Below are positions 11,525-24,059 of a stretch of 64,000 bases of DNA, one piece after another. Source of the stretch: Octopus sinensis (Eukaryota); the NCBI RefSeq assembly GCF_006345805.1, contig NC_043000.1:78678001-78742000 (forward strand), in the 5' to 3' direction. Made by a program: the position numbers and the translations under genes. The stretch's first letter is position 1, and each line of letters opens with the position of its first letter. Under the pieces are notes generated by a model. It saw only the letters and a program-made list of their open reading frames with translations. It searched no databases and was not told where the DNA came from.

Positions 11525-14380
11525 GGGCAAATCGAAGTGAAGTTGATATCCCCGTCAACGATGCTATCTCTGATACCCCTTATTCTGCTTGTTCCCCAAC
11601 TCCCGCCCCTCAGACTTCACAGCTCAGCATCGTCTACACCAACTCGTGCTCCTTATTCCCAAAGTTCAGTGAACTATTTACACTGGCCATACGTGACTCC
11701 CCTGATGTGATAGCTATCACCGAGACTTGGCTGACTCCAGCAGTAAAGGACTCAGAAATCCACCTGCAGGGCTACGTCCTTTTCAGATGTGACAGAGGAA
11801 AGAGGCGAGGTGGAGGTGTTGCTGTGTATGTTAAGTCTGAGCACAAACCGTCCAGCGGTATTCTACCCACTAATGCTCAACCTACAACAAAATTCGATTC
11901 CGTCTATTGCAAGCTGAGCCTATCTGAGTTTTGCCTGCCCGTGTTGGCTGTCTACAGGCCGCCTCTTGCCGACCCCCAGGACGATGCTCATTTAATCGAA
12001 GCGATAAGATTCGTTTCAGCTTCGCATGACTGTTTGGTACTAGGAGACTTCAACGCTCCCACGATCGATCGGCCCGCATCAATTTGTACAACATCTTCCC
12101 GGTTCGGCCAGGCCCTTCTTGACGTGGCTGAAGATTGTTTTCTATCGCAACATGTTGAATATCCGACAAGGCATCGGTCTGGGCAGCAGCCATCTATGCT
12201 AGATCTGGTATTCTCCCGCTATCCAAGATCAGTGTCAGACGTATCTGTGTGCGCCCCTCTTGCCAAGAGTGATCATGCGGTCCTGAAGTTCGTCATGCAC
12301 ACAACTTTTTCTACGCCCACGACTACTTCGCTGCCACGTAGAGTCTTCTCTGCAATTAATCTTGAAATTCTAAACGAGGCTTCCGCGCTTCTGGACTGGC
12401 GATCCCTGATGACGTTGTCCTCAGTTGACGAACTATGGTTATCCCTCAAAGCATATGTAATCTGTTTGACTAACCAGGCAGTTCCCGTTGGGCTTCCCAA
12501 GAGGAAGAAACACAAGCCCTGGGTGACGAAGAAGGTTAAACGAGAACGTCGACTCAGAGATATTGCTTGGGCTGAATTAAAACAATCTGGATTCGACTGC
12601 AGCTTTTGAGGTGTACAAAACTCAACGAGACCGAGCCGTGAAAATTGAAAAGAAAGAACGCTTCAGTTATAAATACAAAATCGCGGCAAATGCCAGTAGC
12701 AATCCAAAAACCTTCTTTGCCCATGTCCAGCGGAATTCCCGCTTGAACAACCAGATTGCAACGTTGGTAGACTCAACAGGCGTATCGATTGAGGACCCTT
12801 ATCAACAGAGTCAATTATTTGCCGAGGCTTTTTCAACTATTTTCAAACAAGATGATGGTCGTGAACCCCCTCCATTTGATAGATCGGTACCTCCAATGCT
12901 TCGATTGGTCATCACGCGGGACGAAGTCAAACGTGTTATTCAAGGCCTCGATGTCAACAAGGGTCACGGCCCTGACGGCATACACCCACGGGTTATCAAA
13001 GCGTTGGCTCCGGTCATCTGCGAGCCCTTAACACGACTATTCAATATGTCATTGGCGACGGGTGTTATACCTGCAGACTGGAGAACAGCGATAATCTGCC
13101 CAATTTTCAAGAAAGGGAGCCGCGAAGACCCGCTTAACTACCGACCGGTTTCCCTTACATCAATAATCAGCAAGATGTTCGAAACCATCCTTAAGAAAAG
13201 TATGATGCTCCACCTCCTAAACACAGCCTCTATCTCTGATTCCCAACACGGCTTCGTGCCGAAGAGATCATGCTTGACCAACTTACTAGTAATGGAAGAA
13301 TTGGTGACGCGCATCCTCGATGATAGTGATGCTGTTGGTATCGTTTTATTGGACTTTGCTGCTGCTTTTGACTCGGTAAACCACCGCCTACTACTTGTCA
13401 AGCTTCAAGCATATAGTTTCCATCCGGATATTGTACGATGGGTTGGTGCCTTCCTCTCAGATCGCTCCTTCCAAGTCCAAGTTAATGGTTCGCGGTCCGA
13501 CGTCTCCAGTGCGAGCAGTGGTGTGCCTCAAGGTTCAGTGCTTGGGCCCTTGTTGTTCTTAGTCTTCATAAATGACTTGCCCGACGACCTCACGCAACAC
13601 ACCCTTCTATTTGCCGACGATATCAAACTGGTCGCTCCTCGCGGTAATATAGAGGATCTTTGTCGATGCCTCCACCAAATTTGGAAGTGGTCTAATGATT
13701 GGGACCTGTGTCTGAACGTGTCAAAGTGCTGTCATCTGCCTGTCGGCTCTACTCCTGCAACTCAACTTGATTTCGAGCCGGGTCGTCTGCTGCTGGAGAG
13801 GACCGATCAGGTAAAGGACCTGGGTATCTTGGTGGATTCCTTCTTTTCGCCTTCGGCCCAGTGCGTCCATGCTGCCAACAAAGTACGCGGAATTCTGTTC
13901 TTGATTCGACGGTCATTCGGAATGCTCACAGCAGCCATATTCCTACCACTCTATGGGATTCAAGCCTCTTCTCCTTATCTCCTCAAAGACATACAGCATC
14001 TCGAAAGAGTCCAGAAGCTGGCTACCCGCATGGTGCATGGTCTCAAAAATTTGTCCTACGAAGAAAGGCTGAGGACGCTCGACCTTTATTCTCTTGAAAA
14101 ACGCCGCCGCCGTGGTGATCTCATTCTCGCCCACAACATCATAAGCGGAAAGTGTAACCTCTCGAAAGAGCTGTTCTTCACTCCTGCTCCAGAGCGTCGG
14201 CTGCGGGGTCATTCCGAAAAGCTCTACCTGCGACGATTTCATCTCAATCGAAGGAGAGGAGCTTTCTCCGTCCGGGTTGCGGATCCGTGGAACAAGCTGC
14301 CAGACGAGATGGTGAAGATGCCGACGACCGCTTTGTTCAAAGCCTCCCTGGACCTCAAGTGGCCTGAACTCTTTACATGA
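11521..14380 (+). CDS. ORF2 (APE endonuclease + reverse transcriptase) of a CR1-like LINE; one frameshift at about 12604-12607
   Basis: EN motifs VYTN, ITETWL, GDFNAP and SDH; RT motifs NYRPVSLTS, DFAAAFDSV, GVPQGSVLGPLLF and FADD; CR1-type C-terminus LRGHSEKL...WNKLP. Confidence 0.92.
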
Positions 14381-14606
14381 ACACCACCCTGTTACTTAAC
14401 TCCATGTCCCCCTACATGGCCTTGCTATTTGCTTTTGAGCCAAATTAACTAACTAACTAACTAACTAACTAACTACTACTACTACTACACACAAATTCAT
14501 ACTAATATTTACACACGCGTGTATATATGTGTGTATCTGTTTGTTTGTGTGTGCGTGTATTGTGGGCAGCTCGAATTATTGAAAACATGACAGGCTTCAC
14601 TTTTAA

Positions 14607-14893
14607 TCATGCTTGTGATTTCCAAGTCAATCTTGAACAATGCGTTTCCAGCTCTACATCAATGTTTCTTACTCTGCAAAGTTTGTCATGAAAGTTTTGC
14701 CGTGTCGTTGTTATGGATTGCTGGAATGTCTCTCCTACTCTGTAACGTCTACCTTGATAGATACAAGTAGATTCCTGCCCGTAATCACAACGCAAATTTG
14801 TACAGACTGCTTTGCCATATTCCTCACATACACACGTGTTGCAGTCCATATTAAATACTCCTTTATATCTTATTCCATTATGTATGCATTCGT
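14607..14893 (-). pseudogene. Exon 2 remnant of gene copy A: 1.5 modules fused to a novel 35-aa tail
   Basis: About 96% identical to 49936-50114 up to GETFQQS, then continues in sequence matching 45431 downward. The acceptor ttctttacag is intact. Confidence 0.9.
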
Positions 14894-15000
14894 CTGTAAA
14901 GAAAAGCAACAGTTAATATTTATTTCAATTAACCACAACAATGTTATCTACTGCAAATTGAATATTTATATTCCAAACTAATTTCTCATATACGTACACC

Positions 15001-15120
15001 CATACATGCATACATACATACATACATACATACATACATACATACATACATACATACATACATACATACATACATACATACATACATACATACATACATA
15101 CATACATACATACATACATA
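15001..15120. repeat. (CATA)n microsatellite, paralogous to 50218-50472
   Basis: Direct reading; same position relative to exon 2 in both copies. Confidence 0.95.
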
Positions 15121-15617
15121 AATGCATGCATGCATCATACATATCAACTTACATGTATATATCCACTCCACGAACTTCCAGAAATGATATTACGAGAATT
15201 TAATTTATTTCAATTCTATTTTTAATCTTATTCCAACATGAATATACGACTTAGTGACCGAATTCGGTACAGCTGTCTTTCTGCTTTCCATACTAAAGTT
15301 CTGTAAGCATTTTATTTTTATTTTTTCAAAATAACACAAACACACATACACACTGACACAGACACACACACATACTCACCTCCCCACCCATACACAGACA
15401 CAGATGCACAGGGACACAGACACACACACAGAAACACACATACATACACACACACTTATGCATATGTATACATGCATGTATATATATAGTCAATGCGAGG
15501 ATGTCTTATCCTCATAAGTGACAATTATATCCAGAATTTCACTGGTTCAATCGCCAACACGATTGAGGAGAATCTTTTTGATATATATGAGATTATTATA
15601 AGTATAAATATTATTAA

Positions 15618-15883
15618 AGAAGATGAATTGAGAGTTGGTAAGGATATAAAATTAATTTATTAACATACTGTCAAAATAAAGTCATATAAAACCTACGTAC
15701 GTTTTAATTTAGTTCCATAAACTATTGCATAATTCAAAAATCATTCCAATTTTTGAATTATGCAATTATTTATTGAACTGAATTGAAACGCACGTATGCT
15801 TTGTTTCACTTTATTTTGTCTTTGTTTTGGCAGTATGTTAATAAATTAATTTTACATCCTTACCAACTCTCCGTTCCTCTTCT
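15618..15883. mobile_element. MITE with about 70-bp TIRs, TTAA target duplication and an internal 18-bp hairpin (Kolobok-like)
   Basis: TTAA|AGAAG...CTTCT|TTAA. The arms gagagttggtaaggat...ttaacatactg and cagtatgttaa...atccttaccaactctc are complementary. Perfect stem at 15724-15741/15749-15766. Confidence 0.75.
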
Positions 15884-16064
15884 TTAATCATATGTATACA
15901 TATACGTATACATATATGTAAGATGTATGCTCATATATATATAATGTAATGAACGCAGGTTCGTGTGTCATATAGCTAGCTAGAGGCGGTGGCCTCTTGG
16001 AGCTAATCAGCGACAGCTTTAGTCTTATTTATAGACTGGCATATTAGTATGGCGATAACTATTA

Positions 16065-16172
<108 letters not shown>

Positions 16173-16264
16173 CGTGCGTGTATATGTATGTATATAATAT
16201 ATATGTATGTGTATACATGTAATTGGTGTAATCGGGATTTATTTCCCTTAAAGGGATTTTATTT

Positions 16265-16500
16265 AAGGAGAAATGTTGTGTATAAAGTGGAGGTTATTAC
16301 CGTCAATGAATCAAAGATGTCATACATAGGAAGTACGATGAAATTTAAGACTAGATATAGGGGCACGCAAATTCATTTATTAATCAAGAAATAAGAAATT
16401 CAACCGCACTAGCTGCCCACATTAACAAATTAAAAATGCGTAACAAAGAATTCAGTCTGCATTGGTCTCTTATGACGGAAACCACACTATACAACATATA
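16265..16500 (+). mobile_element. Penelope-like GIY-YIG endonuclease fragment
   Basis: NVVYKVEV...SYIGSTMKFKTRY followed by [22 protein letters not shown] in a shifted frame. Confidence 0.7.
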
Positions 16501-16505
16501 CCCAC

Positions 16506-16597
<92 letters not shown>

Positions 16598-16647
16598 ATA
16601 CATATATATATATATACATACAAACATACATACATACATGCATACAT

Positions 16648-16679
<32 letters not shown>

Positions 16680-16680
16680 C

Positions 16681-16726
<46 letters not shown>

Positions 16727-16756
16727 GAAATGAAAAAAAATAGGATAATTATCCCC

Positions 16757-17435
16757 TTATCATCATCATTGTTCGACCGTGGTCGAGACAATGAAATTTA
16801 CCATGCTACGCCAGACTTTACGGTCCATCATAGCATTACGGAGGTCCTGTTGCTGGATGCCTGTATCCTTGGATATTACATCAGGGTAGGAGAGTGTGCG
16901 CCATCTGGTATCGCGAGTAGATGGCTTCCAGAGGAGAAGAGTGGAAATTGCCTCGTTTTCAGCTCTGCAACAATGTCCAGTAAACTGGACTCTCCTACCT
17001 TTCACAAGAGATGACACAGGTGGTAGTTTCCCATATATTTGCATTTTGGTTGGATGACGCTTCCACGAGAGATTTTGAGCTCTCATAAGGAGGCGAGTGT
17101 AAGTTCCATCCAACCGCCTCTCAAGCTTATTTTATAACGTCCAGGTTTCTGAGCCATATAGTAGAATTTGTTCGACTGTGGCTTTGAAGATTTTAAGTTT
17201 GAAGTCTCTACTTAGATTTGATGACCAGACCTGATGCATATCATTACAGGCTGATCAGGCCATACCTTTTCTAGTTATAAAATCTTTTCCAGATGATGAT
17301 ATGTATGACCCAAGATATTTGTAATCAGAAACCATATTTAAGGGCGTATTGTTGAGAGTATGGATGATGCAATCACTGTTGGATAGGCACTTGTTTATAT
17401 ATTCAGTCTTGGCCTCATTGAGGTAAAAACCTACA
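16757..17435 (-). mobile_element. RTE-clade LINE, 3' fragment
   Basis: GFYLNEAKTEY...DGTYTRLLMRAQNLSW...RRVQFTGHC...RNAMMDRKVW, with a (GAT)n tail. Confidence 0.85.
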
Positions 17436-19400
17436 CAATTTGTGGCTTGTTCCCCTTATACAGTACAACTAATTAGTGCTGTAATAAAATATTAGGGATA
17501 TAAGACCAAGAAAGAGAGGGCAAATTTCAGAAGTCAGTGTTCTTATTTAGTCGTGTTCATATTTAGTTGGGGAAGATATTTATTGATGAAAGTTGCCTCT
17601 TTATTCATTCTTTGTTGCATTGAGGTGTTCTGTGAACATTGATAGAAGGGAAAAATTAGGAAATTAGGATTAAAATTCCTAGCACATCTTTCTATGTGTT
17701 CACTAACCTGTAACTGTCTGTATTGTGGGTGGCAAATTTGTTCTTTGTTCAGAGTGCTTCTTCGACGGAGTGATATTCCTGTTTGGCCAATATAATTGTT
17801 ACCACATCCTAAGCATGTCATGGCATAGATTAGATTTTCCGAGGCACAGGTGAAATTTGATTTGATCTTATATATTTCACCTTGTTTAATGTGGAATTCC
17901 GAGCCCTGCAAAAGGTGGGGGCATGTGCGAGAGTTAGGTCGACCGCATTTCTTCAATTTTGGTTCTGTTGTTAATGGATATAGTCTTGCGCTGGTTAATA
18001 TTTTTTTCACTGATTTCGGTTGCATTTTGATTTTAATAATTTTGTATGAGCTTAAAATTTTGTTCCTTGTTTTATCTCCTCTGAGGATGGAAAGATTTTG
18101 GGTGATAATGTTGAAGGCTTCGTTATTACTAGGGTTACGTGCGGAAATGTACGGGAGTATTTTTAAGTCTGGTTTAGTATTTCGGCTGGCTTCCCTTAAT
18201 GTTCGTATATCTATTTCCTTAGCTCGTTTAATGCCATCATTTATTAATTATATTGGGTAATGTGTTTTGATTAGTATTGATCTGAGTTCAAGGAGTCTTT
18301 GTTCACGAGTAAAGGTGTCCGAAAATATGGTACAGATTCTTTTCGCTAGATTATAAGGTATATTAATTATTATGTGTTTGGGGTGGCATGAGTTAAATAA
18401 TAGGTATTGTTTAGAATCTGTGGGTTTATAAAAGATGTCTGTTTCGATGTGGTTATTGACTATTTTAATTAGGATGTCAAGAAAAGGGAGTTGTTTACTG
18501 TTGTGTTCCATGGTGAATTGTATGTTGCTATAAATATTGTTAAGCATTATTTTGAAATCGAGGAGTTTGTTCATGCTATCTTTCCAAAGTATAAAGCAAT
18601 TGTCTAAATACCTCTTCCAGTTCTCCTTTAAATAGCAATGAAATGAGGTACCATATTTTTGTAGTGATGATTGATATAACTTAAGCTCTAGGTAACCCAT
18701 TACAAGGTTTACAGTCACTGGAGAAGCTCGGGTTCCCATTGCAATTCTACATTTTTGTCGATAGTAAACTGTATCGAACATAAAATAATTGTTCAGCAGG
18801 ATTTCCTGTTCAGCAGGGAATTTAAAAACATAGATGAGGAGATTTACAACGAATTAAAGAAATATGTAGATGGTCATTGCTTGGAAAGTGTTTTTAAACT
18901 GTGGAAAACAACTTGAGTAGATGAAGAAACCAACTCCCTACAACGCTGGGATAAACAAGCCAATTTCTTTAATAACTACGAAACTCAGTTTAACATAGTA
19001 AACGCATCGATAACCCCTTTCTGAAGAAAAATAAACCAAAAACATACACAGAAATGACTCCACGCTTATCTAACACAAACCACAGACGGTCTCAGGGACA
19101 CAATTCCACCGTCCTGAACTCTTTTACACCCCCAAATAACTTTCAAACAACAATCAAGAATTCAACCCACAATAGAAAATCTGGACGCAATCCTCAAGGC
19201 ATCCTACATACAATTCAAAGGTTCTATCGAAACCTTCAGACTAACCTAAATTTTTGGGAACCAATACCTACCAGGAAGAATTTACCTCCGAGACTTAACC
19301 CTCAACATGGTTACTTCAATCAGTTAACCAGACACAACTTTTATTACTTTTATTCCTACCTCAGTTCATCTAATTGTAGATATCTTTCGTTACTTTTCAT
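17436..19400 (-). mobile_element. Penelope-like element: RT (18248-18781) and GIY-YIG (17543-18025), frameshifted
   Basis: GTRASPVTVNL...WKRYLDNCF...LPFLDILI...DIFYKPTD...SCHPKH is Penelope RT. NLIYAMTCLGCGNNYIGQTG is GIY-YIG. The 5' boundary is approximate. Confidence 0.88.
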
Positions 19401-19697
19401 AAAAAAAGCCTTTACATTTTGATTTCCAATGTGCATTTTTGCATTTTTTTCTTACTTTCCCCTTACATTACCACGTGTTTCTCTATAAAGTGACAAGGTG
19501 AGTTAGTTTTAACTCTAGGCAGCAAGATGAGAGGATTAATCCCTGTCATTAGATAATTGCTTCCTCGTAGTTAAGAGCTATTTTGACTTATATTTCAAGC
19601 AATGCTTGTACTGATTAACACCATTAGCCACCTTAGTGACGTCTAAACTTGTGCCATTTGGATGTAAATTAAGAATAAGCTACCTCAATAATTTATA

Positions 19698-19738
<41 letters not shown>

Positions 19739-19739
<1 letters not shown>

Positions 19740-20425
19740 GAGGGACATTCAATAAGTAATGCCCCTGACCCACTTGCAGTTGTTTGCATGTACAATTATT
19801 TATATCTCTATAGATTAAGTGGCAAATTACAGCTCTGAACTAATTGTGGTTTCTGATTTACAGGTGTTTGAACTGAGTCAAGTGTGAAATGGAGCCTGTT
19901 GAGTGTTGAGCAGTGATCTGGTTTTTGTATTTAAAAGGACGCACATCACGGGAGACTTTTAATGAAATGAAAGTAACTTATGGTGATGATGCCCCATCAT
20001 ATGACCTTGTAAAACGCTGGCATCGTGAATTCAAACATGGTCGGAGCTCTGTGGAAACAGCTCTCCGGTCCACAACTCGCGTGTCGCCAGATTAGAAGCA
20101 CAGGCGTGCGGCTATGAACTCCCCCCATCCCCTCTACTCTCCTGACCTTGCACCCTCTGATTTTCACCTCTTCCCAGCCATGAAGTTGTTTTTGAAAGGA
20201 AAGCGTTTCCCAGATGATGCAGCCTTGATTTCTGAAGTCACATTATTGTTGGAGGACCAAGCTGGGGTCTTCTACAAAAACGGTCTCCAGAGCTGCATCA
20301 AGCGATGGGAGAAATGCGTAACTCTGGCTGGTTCCTATGTAGAAAAATACTAATAACTGTGCCAAGTTTCGTTGCTCTACTGCTATGGGAAGTGGGTCAG
20401 GGCATTACTTATTGAACGCCCCTCG
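19739..20425 (+). mobile_element. Internally deleted mariner transposon (687 bp)
   Basis: About 38-bp TIRs (cgagggacattcaataagtaatgcccctgacccactt) with TA flanks. The N-terminal HTH is joined to YSPDLAPSDFHLF...RWEKCV. Confidence 0.92.
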
Positions 20426-20769
20426 TATATATTATACTTGTGTGTATTATGCATAGCGTAAATACAGTTTCGCAACGAATATGTCTGCCATGGAAATAAG
20501 TGGAAGGGATTGGTCATATGCAATTTTAAAGGAGTATTCTGAAGTTTTTGAAATTATTTTCTCTACTCAGTCAGTGTCTCTATCAAGTTTGATTAGGTGT
20601 TTTGTTTTTCACTATTTCTCTCAAGGAAAGAAAATTTTGAAACAAGCAATTTAACATGTATGGCATCCCGTCCATTACACATAGTATGCACGGGATGCCA
20701 TACTATGTATATATAATGCATGTATTATATATATATGCCATATTATGTGTATATAATGCATAAATGTAT

Positions 20770-20820
<51 letters not shown>

Positions 20821-21335
20821 AATAAAATTAGAAAAGTAAACGGTGGTACTGGCTTTGAAATTATAGTTTGCTTTTCAGTTAAGACCCAGATATATCATTA
20901 CATTCTTATTCTTAATTAGTAGTATAATGTACGATTACATTGTTTTAATATCTATTGATTTGTTACTCATAATACGGATTATTTTAAAATTAAATACAGA
21001 TACATTTATCGATATCAGATAAACATAAAGAAGGTATATTAAAAAAAGAATTGAAGGCATTTGAAAAGGAATCTCAATATTCGATGATGAAGGTATTCCA
21101 TAATTAATTAGGTACACTGTCATTAATCGCATTAATTTTTATATGGTATTCGATAGAGTGTTCCGAAATTCAGAAATTTTTAATACACAATTTCAGGTTA
21201 AAACCCTTTCATTCAGTTTTTAAAATTTGTCCAACATTATCGATATGTCTTTGTGGCTTCTTGTAAGGTTAATCAGCTGAGTGATTATACATACACGTAT
21301 ACATGCATACATACATTCTTACACACACATATATA

Positions 21336-22959
21336 CAGTTGCGGCCAAAATGTTCAGAACGGCATTGTTTTCGCCAGAAAAGTAGGTATAAGTTTTTATC
21401 AAAGTTGTTTTATATTCTATAATTTTCACAGACAATAAATACAATATGAATTGTTATTGCCTGAGATTGTGGTGTAATTTGAGAGGATAATACAAAAGTT
21501 ATGGATGATTTAGTGATTTACTGCAAAACCCATGGCGGCCAAAATGATCAGAACGGATGCTTTTACTCCATGTTTTAGTATATTTAACCGGCGAACTCTA
21601 ATGTTTTGAATTTGTTTACGTGACGGTTCGTTTACTAAACATTAGTAAGAATATCTGCAGTGTACTTTGTTAATATAATACCACTTACTCCGTTATCAAT
21701 TCGTCAGCAGATTATTAAGCTTCGAAAGAAGGATATTTTAAGTATTGGGTCTATTGCAAAGATTGTTAACAAGTCAAAAAGTGTTGTTCACGGTATTCTT
21801 AAGGTCTTCGATGATTGTGGTTCGTGTGAAGCAAGAAAGTCTACAGATAGGCCAAGAAAAACGACCAAGAGAGAAGATCGTGCTATGGTAAAGTTGGTTA
21901 AAAAGGACAGATTTAAAACTGCTGCTGCTGTTTCTCAGGAAATGAGCATTGTACTGAAGAGTTATCTCGAAAAACTTGTCTCATCGTTTAGTTGAACATA
22001 ACCTACGAGCAAGATCACCAGCAGTGAAGACACTGATCAGCTCCTAAAATAAAAAGTGTCGTCTTACCTTTGCAACCGAACATGTGTTGTGGTCTCAAGA
22101 AGAATGGCAAACGGTGCATTTCAGTGATGAATCTAAGTTTATGTTATTTGGCTCAGATGGGAAAAGGTACGTTCATCGAAAAGTAGGTGAAAAATTGTCG
22201 CCTAAATGCCTTAAGACTAGTGTTAAATTCGGTAGAGGAAGTGTCATGGTTTGGGGGATGATATCTGGAGATGGTGTGGGCCCTTTGGTGCGATTACATG
22301 GAAGGGTAAATGCAGGAGTTTATAAACAACTTGTAAAAGATCATGTCTTGCCTGTGCTGAGAAATTCAACTAAGCGACCACCCATATTCATGCAGGACAA
22401 TGCCCCATGTCACAAGGCTAAGGTGGTCATGAACTTCCTCAAGGCTGAAAAGGTTATTATTATGGATTGAACTGCTCAAAGCCCAGATCTCAATCCTAGT
22501 GAAAATGTGTGGAATATTCTAGGAGAACGTTCGAAAGCCAGAAATCCTAAAACAACCGAGCAATTATGGAATGCCCTTCAGGAAGAATGGAATAAGATCA
22601 CCTAGCAAGAAATTGAAAATTTAATTTCCTCATGCAGTCGAAGATGTCAAAGTGTGATTCAAGCTAAAGGGCTTCACACTAAATATTAAATAATTCCAGT
22701 ATTATCTGTCAAATTTTATTATTTTGTTATATTTACAAGCGTTCTGATCATTTTGGCCGCCATGGGTTTTGCAGTAAATCCCTAAATCATCCATAAGTTT
22801 TGTATTATCCTCTCAAATTACACCAAAATCTCAGACAAGAACAATTCATATTGTATTTATTGTCTGTGAAAATTATAGAATATAAAACAACTTTCATAAA
22901 AACTTATACCTACTTTTCTGACGAAAACAATTCCGTTCTGAACATTTTGGCCGCAACTG
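21336..22959 (+). mobile_element. Full-length Tc1 transposon with 220-bp IR/DR termini; transposase disrupted
   Basis: TIRs at 21336-21555 and 22740-22959, each with an outer and inner ggccaaaatgNtcagaacg repeat. TA flanks. FSDESKF, QDNAPCH and SPDLNP motifs with stops. Confidence 0.95.
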
Positions 22960-22967
22960 TACATACT

Positions 22968-23065
<98 letters not shown>

Positions 23066-23291
23066 CCATATATATATACGTATCTTTCTCTCTCCTTTTC
23101 TTTCTCTTTCTTTCTCTCTCTCTCTATATATATATTTATATACATACGTATGTATATTTATATGAGTACATGCATTGTATATATATATGTATATGTATAC
23201 ATTTATATATGTATATATATATGTATGTGTATATAAATATATATGTATATGTATGTATATGTATATATATATGATATATATATATATATAA

Positions 23292-23330
<39 letters not shown>

Positions 23331-23514
23331 AGCTCGTTAGCCAATACACACATTTTTTCTCTCCTTGTTTCTCTCCATTTTTTCTGTGTCCCTTTCTGTA
23401 GAAGAGCGTAGGCTCGAAACGTAAAAGACTTTTTCTATTCCTGAGCGTTATACTAATACATCTGTTTGTTTTGTACACCACCTGTCTTCGTCCTTTGTTT
23501 TTTTCGTAAACTTT

Positions 23515-23565
<51 letters not shown>

Positions 23566-23604
23566 TAAAAAATGGAGTTAACGCAGGTGTAATCAAATAT
23601 TTTT

Positions 23605-23690
23605 ACTTTCGACACATGTTTCGAAAATTCCACTGATACTATTCAAAAGAATAAATGGTATAAACAATGCAATCTTCTCCTCAGGAAAGT
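23605..23690 (-). ncRNA. Type I hammerhead ribozyme (Penelope-type), canonical core
   Basis: Minus strand: actttc-CTGAGGA-gaagatt...aattttc-GAAA-c-atgt-g-TC-gaaagt. Stem I is 6 bp, stem II is 7 bp and the cleavage triplet is GUC. Confidence 0.8.
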
Positions 23691-24059
23691 GAGAAAAATA
23701 ACGAAACTCGTCAATAAGACATTTTAGCAAAAAATGATGGATTTGTATAGCGATAGACAGAACGCTATTAATATTGTTTAAAAAAGCGTTATATGATATA
23801 ACGTCATAAGTAGCTAACAGAAAGAGTAGGGATATTAATAGTGAATGTTAAATATAAAGGAAATTAAAGTTTAAATTATATATAATGATAGAGACTACTT
23901 ATATGCACTAAATGTATGTTTTTGCCAATGCTTACATCTGTATGCTCGCTCTATAACCGTGTTTACTAGAGTATTTTTAGAAAAAAATAATGAAAAATAG
24001 CTCTAGAAATATTAATAACAAGGTTATTGTATCTGAAGTCAATTCCAATAGAATTAAGT

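Larger units (their letters stand above)
10150..14474 (+). mobile_element. Near full-length CR1-clade LINE with (TAAC)n 3' tail; 5' boundary uncertain
   Basis: ORF1 and ORF2, a short 3' UTR and (TAAC)n at 14446-14474. It is GC-richer than its flanks. Confidence 0.88.

Noticed and set aside
23390-23440. Hammerhead-like ctgtagaagagcgtaggctcgaaacgta
   Set aside because: The core lacks CUGANGA and there is no convincing stem I.
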